From positions 346,465-410,464 of the forward strand of contig JAKMXF010000296.1 in assembly GCA_024704765.1 (NCBI GenBank): a stretch of DNA of 64,000 nucleotides. The letters run 5' to 3'. Below, piece by piece: positions 1-12,203 of this stretch. A model generated the notes under the pieces. It did no database searches, had not been told where the DNA came from, and saw only the letters and a list, made by a program, of their open reading frames with translations. The translations under genes were made by a program, and so were the position numbers. The stretch's first letter is position 1. Every line of letters begins with the position of its first letter. Source of the DNA: Oopsacas minuta. Lineage: Eukaryota > Animalia > Porifera.

Positions 1-320
1 TCGGTTTCATACTCTAACGGAGCGTACGTAATATGAGGATCTTTAGTAATTAGATCTAGCATTTCGTTAACATTTTCTTCATTATGTGAAATATTCGGTC
101 TTCCTAAACGAGGGGCATCTTCGAGAACAAAGTTTCCGTGAATAAATTCCCTGTACCATCATTCAACTGTACTTAGAGAAGGAACTAGATCCGCGAAATG
201 TTCCTGTGAAGATTCATAGATTTCTACTGTGGTCTTCTGTAGTTTGAATAAGATCAAAATCATTGCTCGAAAATCACGTTTTGTGAGATCTGACTTAGAT
301 TGAGATATTTTAGAAGCCAT
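1..320 (-). pseudogene. mariner (SETMAR-like) transposase N-terminal HTH region, truncated by the window edge
   Basis: Manual translation from ATG at 320: MASKISQSKSDLTKRDFRAMILILFKLQKTTVEIYES...STVE*WYREFIHGNFVLEDAPRLGRP...DPHITY, which matches the mariner W..F..G...LED.PR.GRP motif. One in-frame stop. A possible TIR lies near 710-734 (TTATTCACAAAACTTTTGCCTTGTA). Confidence 0.85.
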
Positions 321-920
321 GTATACTAAAGTTATCTAATTTATGGAAGTAGATGGGGTAAATGAATGAAAGTTTCAAAGTAGAGTAATAAATTGTGTCT
401 GATAAGATGGATGCGGAATAAATGCGACAGATTAATGATTTCATATCAAACGACAAAACCTTTCGAGTGCCCCTTGTATTTGCTTTATATTTGTAAGACT
501 TTTACTTTTTAGTTGTTTTCGGATATGATGAATTCATTAAAAATGTCTACATAATACCAACATCTGAAATTTTGAAACCATAATTATATTCAATATGTAT
601 AGAAACCTTTTCTTATGTCTATGAATAGTGAATTAACTTGGTATCTGAGTTCTTCTTTCAGGAGATTATTGATTTTACCAAAATCGCCGCTCCGCGGGAT
701 CCACGTACATTATTCACAAAACTTTTGCCTTGTAAAATTGTAGATATCTCTGCTAACTAGTAATGTATGGAAATTGTTTCAAAAACATATAATTTATCAG
801 TATATTGTTATTTGTATGTTATATGTGGGTAAATCTTAAGTTTTTAGCTTCCCCTTTTATGCATAACAAAGTTGTTATTGGATATATATATTTATCGTAT
901 TAATAATTTTTGCAGCTATT

Positions 921-1074
921 GGGGACATACTATTTGTCCGTTGTAGAGAATTGTCCGCTCCTCTGAGACTCCTTAAGCAGTAATTACATGCTTGGGAAAT
1001 TCAATCCGTGCCACGAGGTTTTTCCATTGTAGGAGTTGTCCGCTTCTCGGACTGTCTGTTTGGAGACACCACTG
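921..1074. mobile_element. partial pogo/Tigger-derived MITE (same family as 48313-48512)
   Basis: Ends in ...GGAGACACCACTG|TA. Shares internal motifs (TGTCCG.TGTAGAGAAT, CATGCTTGG.AAATT.ATCCGTGCCACG) with the 48.3 kb copy. Left TIR not found. Confidence 0.7.
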
Positions 1075-1539
1075 TATACTATTTATAAGCATATGTAAAC
1101 CTATATATGTTGTAGTCAATGTATAAAATCAGTCAATTTACAAATTGATTGAAGTTTCCAGTCAATTTGTAAATTGACTGATTCACCTAGGCAATTTACA
1201 AATTGACTAGAGTATTCAGCCAATTTACAAATTGACTGAACCATTCGTTGGTTTTTTGACAGATTGACTGAAAACATATTAATATTTTCAAATCAATGAA
1301 GCAATGAATAATGAGAAATCTTGCAATTCTTGTTATTCCAAAACATATACGTCAACTTAACTTAAGAATTGAAAATGTAGAGAAACCTGACTCAAAGTAG
1401 TGTATCCTCAATAACAACATCAAAGGCAAGCATCTATCGACGTGAAATATTCTGGAGTATAAAAAGGCAAGGTAATATGAACACCCTCAAAACTCTAAAA
1501 GATATCGGACACTATGGAACAGTCCTTCCGTGAGGAGAT

Positions 1540-3400
1540 GTTGAAACGAAATAGCTCTGATACCAAATCATTATTGATGACCAAACACGAGTATTTTTTG
1601 TTGCTTGAAGAAGTCAAAGTTGCATCTGACACCGCAAAGAAGTCCAACAGCAATACTATGTCCTTGGGAGGTATGTGAACTAATAATTATTGGTTCAACA
1701 ATTAAAATTTGAGTCAGGGCTGCGTTACTTGGATTCAGGTCAAATGAATGTTCTATACAATACCATAGTTAGTTCTCTAATTATATAGAGCCCACGTACG
1801 TACGATGTTTAGGTTTCCTTTGCTGTACATGGAAAATATGCCAATAATATTGCGCACTACGGTTGTGTACTATGTTACTGGCATCGATTAAGTGACATAT
1901 TTTAGATATTTTACAGGTAGTAAATTCTTCGGTGTGGCGATGTTGAGAAGTTGATTGGAAAGCAAAGTGAAGGCACCCAGGAATTTGTTTACTTCACTCA
2001 CATAGATGATATGTTCGACATCATTAAATGCGCCCATGTTGCATGGATCATGCCGGCCGAGACAAGATGACTAAAGCTTTGAACAAATATGCAAACGTCA
2101 CTCGCGACTCCATTGCGCTCTACAAATCTCCTGTGTTCAATATCAACAGAAACGTAAGCGTGCCACCACTAAAGGTGTTGTTGTGAAGCCAATTCTGTCC
2201 AAAGAGTTTGGTTTCGGTGCTTAGGTTGACCTCATTGATATGCAGTCTATGTGCAAAGTTTCTTATCGCTGGATCATGGTTTATCAAGAACACTTAACAA
2301 AGTACTGTGTATTACGCCCTTTGACTTCCAAAGTGCTGCTGAAGTCGCGTAGCAACTTGTTGACTTTTTCTTGTTACTAGGCGACCCTCAAATTCTCCAG
2401 AGTGACAACTGCAGTGAATTTACAGCATCAGTCATCACTGCACTGAAGGTTATTTGGCCTGACCTACTTATGGTCCATGGTAAACCTCGCCATCCCGAAA
2501 GCCAGGGATCAGGTGAGAGACTGAATTGTGACTTCAAAGACTTACCAATTGCCTGGTTAGGTGACAATGACTCCACAGATTGGCCTACTGGGCTTCGTTT
2601 TGTGCAGTTTCAGAAGAACAGTGATTGCCATTCTGGAATTAAACAATTCCCATTCAAGGCCCTGTTTGGACGTGATGCACATGTTGAACTAAGTTCAGCA
2701 TCCCTTCCTAGTGAAATCCTAGAATGCCTTGTGTCCGAAGACGACCTAATGGCTGCATATCAGGAATCTGACCCCTCTTAAGTCTCTTCAGGTTACCAGA
2801 CCACAGTTTCTCCAAATCTTCCTATACAAGAAGATAAGTCACCTGATCCCTCAGAAGCTACATCTTCAACACCTTTATCTGCTACTTCATCTCAGGTAAC
2901 GGCTATCCAAATACGGCACGACAACACTCAACTCAACCGCAAGAGAGTAACTGAAGGACAGTTAGCTCAGACCGAACGCATGTTGAAACGAAGTCGTCTA
3001 GAACAGGTTGCCAGAGACCCTGGAGAATTATTCCAATCCCTTTAGTGGATCGCAGTAGAGGTGATCCTCGAAACATCATGGCTGGAATTATGAAAAGAAA
3101 TGAAAATGACATTACCGTATAGCAGTCCGTGTAGGAATCCTGAAAGGATCTTACGGCCGAAATCAATTTGGTTTGTGTCCCTATCCGTTGTACAGTGAGA
3201 ATGATTTCACCACAGACAAAGAAATAGGCCTGCGATAAGCTGTTCAACAAGGGTCTAAGTGTGGTGGACAAAGGTTTGCCAAGTGCAAATGTACACAAAG
3301 TGACAAACAATGTAAATCAACCAAATGTAAAAGTTTCAAGGCTAGACTTAAATGTAATAGTAAGTGTCACGCGACTATGACCTGCACCAACAAGATCTGA
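1540..3400 (+). pseudogene. rve-type integrase/transposase pseudogene (KRBA2-like) with Cys-rich C-terminus; start approximate
   Basis: Motifs QILQSDNCSEF and HGKPRHPESQGSGERLN (ORF 2371-2781), upstream IIKCAH/YCVLRPLTSK, and C-terminal GGQRFAKCKC...CNSKCHATMTCTNK*. Multiple frameshifts and stops. Confidence 0.9.
1671..1916 (+). other. spliceosomal intron inside the Ginger transposase gene
   Basis: GGGAG|GTATGT donor and TTTTACAG|G acceptor. Splicing joins QYYVLGR to (**)ILRCGDVEKLI in one frame; the two stops are probably decayed Y and E codons. Confidence 0.7.
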
Positions 3401-5479
3401 ATGGGAACGATATGTGAATTTTTTAAGTCAGTATGCTGTAATCACATTCTTTTAATGTATATTGATATCAATTAATTAAATTCGTAATGCGTTCAGTTAA
3501 TCTGTCAAAATACCGGCCAATGAATCAGCCAATTTATAAAATAGCTGAAATTCTAGTTAATTTGTAAATTGACTGATTTTATACATTGACTGTAACATAT
3601 AAACTAAATAAGCTCAATCTCTATACTTAGATTTTATTTCACCAACTCTGATAGATTTGTCCATCAACTCTGCCTCATTGTGAGATGCCAGTTTGTTTTC
3701 CAAACTTCTAATGATTCACGAATAGCATCATCCCAATTGAGAGTGGAGTTATACTTCACAATGCACTTGATTAGATGTAAGAATATATTGCTGCTGGTTA
3801 GTTTCTCTTGTTTTGAATCCTGAATTCCACAACTTTTGCATATGAGAATGAAGCATCACACCATTTCTTGAGTGAATATTTCAACTTCACTCAAGAACTT
3901 TCTTACACAGAAGTGGACCAATTCAAATTGTATGAATTCATACATAGCCAGGACCTCCCTAAACTAGTATATCTGTTGGAATAATACGATTCCAATTTCC
4001 AGATTCAGAATTTATACTTTTACACACACAATAGAGTCTCTTAATAGTACACTAGGCATTGAAGGAAACTGTTACAGTGTACAAATTTGTACTCCTAGTC
4101 TGGAGTTACTTATTAACCCTGTTCGACTAAACGAGACTACCATATATCCAATGTATTTTTCAATCAACAAATTATTTTGAAATATATTAGATCTATGAGA
4201 TCAATATGCTTCTATGAGGATTTCAACTATTTTTACGCGATCTCCTCTTACTCGGATTTTCAAAGAACTCATAGTCCGCGTGAATGGTGCGATACTTGTT
4301 TATGTATATTCCAGCCATTTCGCATTGCTATTTTGTCACCTCCCTTACAAATCAATTATTAACATTTATATTCAATTTTCTAATTGCCTATTAACTTGTT
4401 TTTTCAAAGAGTGTTATATATTTGCATCCAATTATATCATCTCCACAAACTAGAAGTAATTGAAGTTTCTCCCGTTGTCCACTCGTTAATTCCGCAGAAA
4501 CAATCAGTAAGGGCCGCCAGGGGCGTATGTTGGGCTAGAATTTTATAGTCTCATTTCAAAATGTTTACCGTACAATCACCTATATCCCAGATCTAGAGTA
4601 TAGACCCCTATGCGTGCAAATTAGAGTTATTCGCAGAATCTGATTAACGCGACTAAGCGTAGCTGCTCATATTTATATTGCATCAAAAGTCCACTAATCG
4701 GAGAAAATACGATTTTCAGTCTTATAAGCAATTCAATCAAATTCCATATGTGAGAATGACGTTATGACTCCGCATGCAAGCAAGCAAACCTTCCACTAGA
4801 ACCATCCTGAATCAGACTTGTATGTCAATAAAGTAATATAATCAGTCAATTATAAATTTGATTGCGTCCAAAACACTATTAATTCAGCATTTTCATATTT
4901 GCAAACCCACGGCGTTTTCCCGCTACTCCAAGCAAACGAATCGCGAGAGTCTATCTAATTCAGACTAAACAATCATATCATTCTCCTGAGAATATTTGGA
5001 TATACTTGTTTGGGAGTAATTGGTGCTTATCGAATTGACATTATTTCAAATTGTCAATGTATAGAGATGTGGAGTATTAAATTCTCATTCTATCGAATTG
5101 TGGTATGTACATCAAATTGTCAATGGATTAATCCCCTTGAAAATTTACTTAAGCCCTTTCGGACTTGACCCTGTACCTGCTACCTATATATAACCCCATT
5201 TTCCATATTACCATTATAGTATATCCAAGTTGTGAGACCCAGGGGGCCTTATTCACTACACTTTATATAATTACATCACATCCCCTCCCTTTGGATGGGC
5301 AATTAGCTAATATTTGAAGGTTCCTAAATGAAAATCCAATTCATTTAGGAGCGTTCAAGGCGGCGATTTGAGATTTTCTTTATTTTCTAGCGACATCATG
5401 CTGATGCTGCCGAGGAGATGTGTGAGACCCCACTGTAAAATTGACGCAACACACTTTAGGAATAAGCAATAAGGTACAA

Positions 5480-6340
5480 AATTTCCACATACTCATCCAC
5501 ACCAGTTTGAAACCAACGACCAACTTCTATTGCTTGTAATCTATTTCCTCTGAACCTTGTAGATAGTCACTACTTTCAGAGGTTACGTTTAATCTGGATC
5601 CACAATATCAGTTACCAAGTAGGAAGTTTCTCACAACAGAATTAGTGTACAACAAATGTAATAAATGTTTGTTTTGCTAAAACAATTGATGAACTCATCA
5701 GATTAAGTTCCTGTAACGGTCGATATTTTGACCAATCGCCAAATGGTATCTTTCATAAGAGTGGCAGGTCATTTTTTATTGAACATAATTTAGACCCTAA
5801 AGTCAGTGTTGTTAGCTTATAATCAAGTTACTGCCGGACATACTTCACTCAATTACCTGGAAAACTATATGGAAGTTATGGACAGTTTTGCAATCGATTT
5901 GAAAGTTAAGTATGTAGTACTGATATTGTTGCAAACATAATTAAGACGTCTAGTTTGCCCGAATTTACCAGTACACCTATGAATGAACCTTCTATTCTCC
6001 ACATGACTTCTCTGAATCCGCACTCTGCTTGGATTTAGAAATACCTCTAAGCTATAATGATCCAGATGAAGAATTGATAGCATAGATGTTCGTTATCCAC
6101 TGAAAGAGACACAACAAGAAGATGCAACATAACAGTTGTTTTGCACATATCCTTCAGTTTTTGGTAACGGATGGATTTAACATGTCAAATTCGAATATTA
6201 GAATACTGAAGAATCTTCTAAGATTGTGAACTTTGTCAAAAGATCACTGTTGCAACAGATCGAGAATGAAAAAAGGTTATAGGGTCATTAGTGTCATTCC
6301 ATTATCATTCCACCAGTTGAAACTATGGTTCCAGCATGGA
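5480..6340 (+). pseudogene. highly degenerate Ac/hobo-type hAT transposase fragment; boundaries approximate
   Basis: Manual translation across frames gives LDPQYQLPSRKFLTTEL, GHTSLNYLENYMEVMDSFAIDLKVKYVVTD and SCFAHILQFLVTDG, i.e. the hAT P.Y.LPSR, V.TD and C.AH.LQL motifs in the expected order. No TIRs found. Confidence 0.6.
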
Positions 6341-9300
6341 GATCTCCGATTAGTTTAATATTTTGCCAAATCATTACCTTATATGCCCCAATCTTATATG
6401 CCAAATATTTGCTTTCAATCCTCCTTTTGGTTAGACAGTATGACCTAATTAGCTCTAACGAACTTTTATGATCAGACGCTTGTTATTTATAGCACCCTTA
6501 ATTATTTTGATCATATTTTCCCAATCGTTTCGTCTAGCTATAGTATTATTATTCAATATTATAGGTAGCTTGTTCTCATTATATAAAAACGGATTATCAA
6601 TTTTCTTGTGTATATGGGTTATGACATCTCAAAGTGTGAATTTTTCCTTATGAGTTTTCAGGTTCACAGAAAATATGTCGACGTCTCCAAAGTATTAATT
6701 TAATTTCTCTCCTGTTTACTGCACTATAGCATATGTACTCCGTATAAGCTAATTTATGTGTCTTCGTTTGATTTATACGATAATTTTTGGATCAACAATC
6801 AGTATTTCACATATTGTGGTAAAATTTCATAAACTGATAGCTTGTTCTGCCAGATTTGGATGTTGATTACCTCGTATGATTATATTTTTTCCTAGACAAT
6901 ATTGTCTTTACTTTTATTTGATAATAATTTAACAATCAAACATACCTATCGAGAGATTTAGCTTCTTGAGGATAGGCATCGGACACTGCCCGCCAGTCTC
7001 GGCCCCCCTCCCAGATTTTGATATCAAGTTCTTACTCCACAACCATGTGCTATAAAATTTGATATTAGCTTGGGTCCATTGATACGTAGACTCATATCAT
7101 TACTTTAACATGATTAAAATTCATTTATCTACAACTAGTATTGATAAAGTTTTCAATAGATAACTATATTATCGCATTCCTAATCGTTTATTATTTTGTT
7201 ATACTCTATGGAATTTGAATTGAAACATCTTTCGTTTGACAATATATACTGTGTGCAATGTTGCAATTTCTATTTTATTATGGATCCTATTTTAAGTTGT
7301 TGTTTATGAACGACATTCCATTTGGTCTGAAAAGCCATATCAAAATTATCTCTTTGTAGTTGCTTAATATATTCGTGCTATTACAATTAGCAGCTCAAGA
7401 ATTATATTGATTGAATCAACCCTATTTTCATGCTCTATTGCTGAATCACTTCATGAGAGCTGTCATGCAGCATCAAAATTTACCAGAAAACACGGTTTGT
7501 AAACTCTTTTTCAACTTGGAGATGAAGAAAAGAACAATAGAGATTTTGATATAGAGACTTTAAACGAAGGGCAAACTGAGTCAGGAGTTTAACCTGTAAC
7601 ATATAGGCCATTTTTGATTATTTGTTTATCAGTTTCTCTGACTATCGGATGATGGGTATTATATGGCTTACGGAATATAATTCGAATATATTCTAGGTTC
7701 ACCTCATTATTGTAGTTTATCACATAAATTTTAGCAACATCGAACTGTCTGTATAGTGTCATGAGTGTGGGCAAATGATTTTTAATCAGTTTGAAATCAA
7801 TTTGTAAGTTTTGTGATATTGGAATACTTTTCGTCTTGTAGATGCTTATTTTAAATTATAGTCTCTCTTGCATCTTTGGTATATTTTGAACTTGAACGAA
7901 CGCTTAGAGCCTTCGCTCTTGGATACTTAATCATTACTGCACCTATCCCGAACTTACACCAGCCCCCAAATATAATTGGCTAGATCCACCCATGGTAATG
8001 TCAGACATTTGGAATTCATTATCATTTGCACCCATTGGTTTCCAAAAATTTAGGAATTAATTCCCATTCTCAATTCTTTCTAAAGAGCTCAATTCCAATT
8101 TGCAGCCCATTGAGCCTCTTAATTATGGACTTGAATCTCATCTAATTCTTTTAGATTGGAATTAATCTCATTTGCAGCTCTTAATTTCCGGGAAATAAGG
8201 ACTTGACTCCCATTATCATTCTGAATAGGAATGGAGCATGAACGCAAATGACTTAGCGCTATTCAACCTCATTCAACTCATAAAGAATTATTGTTGATTT
8301 TGTCGACGTCAAAATGAGCTGTGATGCAGCTCTTCTTTCACCATTATCTAACCACGACTTATGCTCTTTTGGGCAATTTCTCTCTTATAACTTGAACAAA
8401 TACCGTGATGTATATCTTAGTGTTATATTATGACCTATAGTGATATTTATCGAGGAACATTCGATTACAATCATGAAATCATGTATCTTTAAGAAATATT
8501 TGAAAGATAACATGAAAATATACCGGTCGCAGTAGACGATCAAGATTAAATCGTGTTTGAAGGCCGTTTCGGCGTATACTTGCATAAAACTAGTTCCTGC
8601 GAGCCAAGCAGTGAGAAATAAGTATCATCGATTTGGTTAGGACTAAGTCTGAGATTAGAATATTCCCACATGATCTTGAGACATTTCTAAGTTGCTAGAG
8701 AGAGATATGCCCAGATATATTTATGTGACTACTTAAACGACGGGAAACTCTACGCTTTGAATTCATATTCCCATCGAATTCGATTTCAACTGTACTAGTT
8801 AGTAGCATTTTATCTATTCAAATGTATCACTAAGCGGCACATTGATTCCTATCCACCAGTTTTGTCAGCTGTCTTATTGGTGATGGGCCCATAATTGATA
8901 TCTTCGAGAATATCAATCTAGTCGTGGGGCAAGTCATGGATTCTCGAAGATCATATCTTTTTGAATGTCGATTATAGTAATATTATTTGGTCTTTGATGG
9001 TTAGTATGTCATTGTAGTGACTGTGTGCATGGTGTCCCCAAACATCAATCAGATTTAGAAAATTGGTTCCATGGAAATTAGTATCGAAGCATGTATTTTC
9101 CTTCGTGTAATTCAGTGTCAAGATTCTCAAATTTTGATCTCTAAATAATATATAATCAAAAGAATTTCGTTTTACATAATAGTGATGCTAACACTGTAGG
9201 AGGGCTGAAACAAATATTCAAATCTGTAAAGAGCTAAAATTTTTCTAAACAAACAAATTTTCGAATTTTCGAATATTTTTTTGGATCACTAAGCATTTCA

Positions 9301-9966
9301 CACCTTCTTTGCAATCTCTGATGAAAAATATATAATAACATCTTATTAATGAATTTATTATCATTTATAGTGATAATTATTCTTTGGAATTATGATTTAT
9401 TATACTCATTACTGTGTTGAACTTATGAATATATTCATTCATTCTTATGTAGTTCATCAACGAGGTATGAAACAATTTTCGAATCCCGGATATTTTTTCG
9501 AAACGAACTAATATTCGAATAGGGTATATTCGTTTCAGTCCTATTATGTTGTTTTCATACACCCTGGATAATCATCGAAATTTATACATTTTAGTTTTTT
9601 CTAATTCCTTTATCATTGTTTAGGAAATTCATTACTTAACAACCTTATTAGTTATAAATACAATGTAATCACCAGTAATAGAACCTATTTTACTGACTTT
9701 CCACGAGTCGAAGATACACTGTAAACATCTAAACTTGATAGATCCAGAACAATATATGGCATTTCACGATAGGATAAATGTGTGACAGTTTGATTAACAA
9801 TTTTATTTCTATATTTGCTAGTAATCTATCCAAGATACGTCCATTAACTCTCCTTTTCAAAATTCATAGTTTCACTTCTCTCTCCTAAATTCAGTTTTAG
9901 GCCAACTAAAATAAGTTCCTTGTTTGTCATCGAAATTTTCTTGGGAAACTGGGATTGCAGACGGTA

Positions 9967-11957
9967 CAGTTCATGATGGATATAGTGATATATTGGATAT
10001 AGTGATAATTTTGCTGCTTTAGATGTATCCCCAAACAAATCCCATGCAAATTTTATTGGATTTAGTGATTATTTGTGCACCAATACATATTCGAAAATAG
10101 AATTTTGATTATTTTTGTTATCCTGTAATTTATCTTTCAAAATTATACTTGCCCCATATCTATGTTAATCGTATTTAGTTATTTCTATCATGGAAATTAG
10201 ACAGTAGCGTAAATCACTGTCAGTGATGAAGAAGTTGGAAGTGGTTGAAGTAATGCGTTAAGGCGCTACTCAAGACGAAGTCGCACAGGGATTTCTAATT
10301 TCTCAATCATCAATATCAAACATCAAGAAAAGCAATTCTTCTGGAAAACTAATTACAATGGCACCAGCAGCAAAGCGTAAGCCAATATCGACCCATGAAG
10401 ACCTCGACACAGCACTATTAGTGTGGTTTATAGATGCGCCAGAGAGGTCCGTTCCAATTGATGGGAATATGCTCATGTCTAAAATTAATATCCTGGAAAG
10501 ATATACAACATTCACCCTTTTCCATCACGTGGTTGGTTATAAAGCTGGGGAAAACGCCATTGCATTTCTTCGGTACAGCATGGAGAAGCCACCTCTGCTG
10601 ACACACCGGCTGCATACGATTTCCTCCTTATACAAATTCCTGCAATTCTGTCTAATCACTCACTTTCAGACTACTATAATTGTCATGAGATTGACCTTTT
10701 CTACAAATGTTTACCAAAATTTACATATTAATTTAGTAAGAATAAAGATGCTGTTCGTGGTATTAAGCAAGACAAATGAGATTTACTGCTCTTGTTGTTG
10801 TAATGCTGATGGGAGCGATAAGGTTAGGCTAACCATAATCGGCAAGTATGCTAACCCCCATCCTCTTAAAGATTGTATGCGCGCCTTACCCGTCAACTAC
10901 AGATATAACACAAAAGCTTGGATGCTATGAGCATTATTTAGTGAATTCCTTGATGAATTTAATTCCAGAATGCGAAAAGAAAAGCGAAAGGTGTGTCTAT
11001 TGCTGGATAACGCTTCAGTGCACAAACCAGATATGTCACGTTTGTCGCATGTAGAGTGTATTATGTTGCCCCCAACACAGCTAGTGTGATCCAACCTTGC
11101 GACTGTGGTACTACAATGAACCTAAAGGAATTTTACCGAAAGAGTGTTATGGCGTATGCTTTAGATCCGCTCGCGGATGGGAATTTGACCGGAGATAAAA
11201 TGTCTAAGGCGATTGATGTCAAACAAGCTATATTATGGATTGCATTTACATGGAGACAAGTGAAGTCGCAGGCTGTTGTTAATTGTTTCGCAAAGGTATT
11301 TGGAACACTTTCATTGGCTAGCACCAAAATCACTTCTGAATTCAATTCCCATATTGAATATTGTGAGCTTCCGCTGCCTCCAGAAGTATTTGATGATGAT
11401 TTTTCTAACTATGTCAATGTTAATTCAGATAGACCGACTATGGGAGAATTGACAATAGGTGATGATATAGAAATAGTATCTGTCAACAACAAAGGTGATA
11501 ATAATGATCTTAAGATCATTGAGAGTGACACTGAAGTTGAATCTGATATTCCTGTTCACTCTACGTCAGAAGTTAAAAAAATGATTGAGAAGATGAGAAC
11601 ATTGATATCTCACCACAACTTCGATTTTCAAGGTGCGATTCTCTCAAAAAGTGAAGATGGGGTACTCATTGTAGAAACTGAATTGAAAAAGCAAACAACA
11701 CTGAATATGTTTTATACGAAGTAGAACATTACTTATTTACTTACACTTTGACTTTTGTTTTCACAGTTTTCCTATTCAATACTCTTTTGGTATTGTTTAC
11801 TATAATTGTCCTAATCGAGGTAAATCATCTCTTACAGGGATTTGTAAATTTAACTTATAAAATTGATACGGTTATAGTAATATCATTATATGGATATAGT
11901 GATAATTTAGACAAATTTCTGTGTTTCCACCATTATCACTATATCCACTATGTACTG
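9967..11957 (+). mobile_element. Tigger/pogo element, full length, inactive
   Basis: TIR CAGTTCATGATGGATATAGTGATA versus right-end reverse complement CAGTACATAGTGGATATAGTGATA, with TA on both flanks (9965-66 and 11958-59). Confidence 0.88.
10190..11724 (+). pseudogene. Tigger transposase pseudogene (CENP-B HTHs + DDE_1)
   Basis: KKLEVVE...ATQDEVAQGF (psq-type HTH), HEDLDTALLVWF (CENP-B HTH), GSDKVRLTIIGKYANP, KAWM, LLLDNASVH, PPNTASVIQPCD. Frameshifted. Confidence 0.9.
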
Positions 11958-12203
11958 TATTATAATTATATTTATTATAGGCCAGTGAATATTTTAGTTT
12001 GATGACCCTTCGATTATCTGATCACTTACTTTCTGGGCATATACTTGTTAAATATTCAACTATACTAGTAATAGAATGTGGATTGCACAATCTGTGACCC
12101 AACTATCAGCTTTAAATTTGGAAAACAATAATCCTCCATAATGGAGATAAAATATGGGACGGGCGAGGATAATGAACAAGTATATTTTTAACTGAACTTA
12201 GAC

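Larger units (their letters stand above)
1108..3597 (+). mobile_element. Ginger2/Tdd-type (KRBA2/SCAND3-like integrase) DNA transposon, full length, inactive
   Basis: TGT...ACA termini. TIR TGTTGTAGTCAATGTATAAAATCAGTCAATTTACAAATT versus right-end reverse complement TGTTACAGTCAATGTATAAAATCAGTCAATTTACAAATT. 4-bp TSD TATA (1104-1107 and 3598-3601). Encodes an integrase. Confidence 0.9.

Noticed and set aside
1120-1270. CRISPR-like array
   Set aside because: These are subterminal repeats of a Ginger element in eukaryotic DNA; spacers are only ~9 bp and there are no cas genes.
2933-3310. 125-aa minus-strand ORF and many similar short ORFs in the track (e.g. 27087-27413, 28864-29067, 43450-43719, 50528-50752)
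   Set aside because: They are antisense or alternate-frame shadows of transposase pseudogenes.
3620-4050. Degenerate coding-like minus-strand text
   Set aside because: Multiple stops and no recognisable motif.
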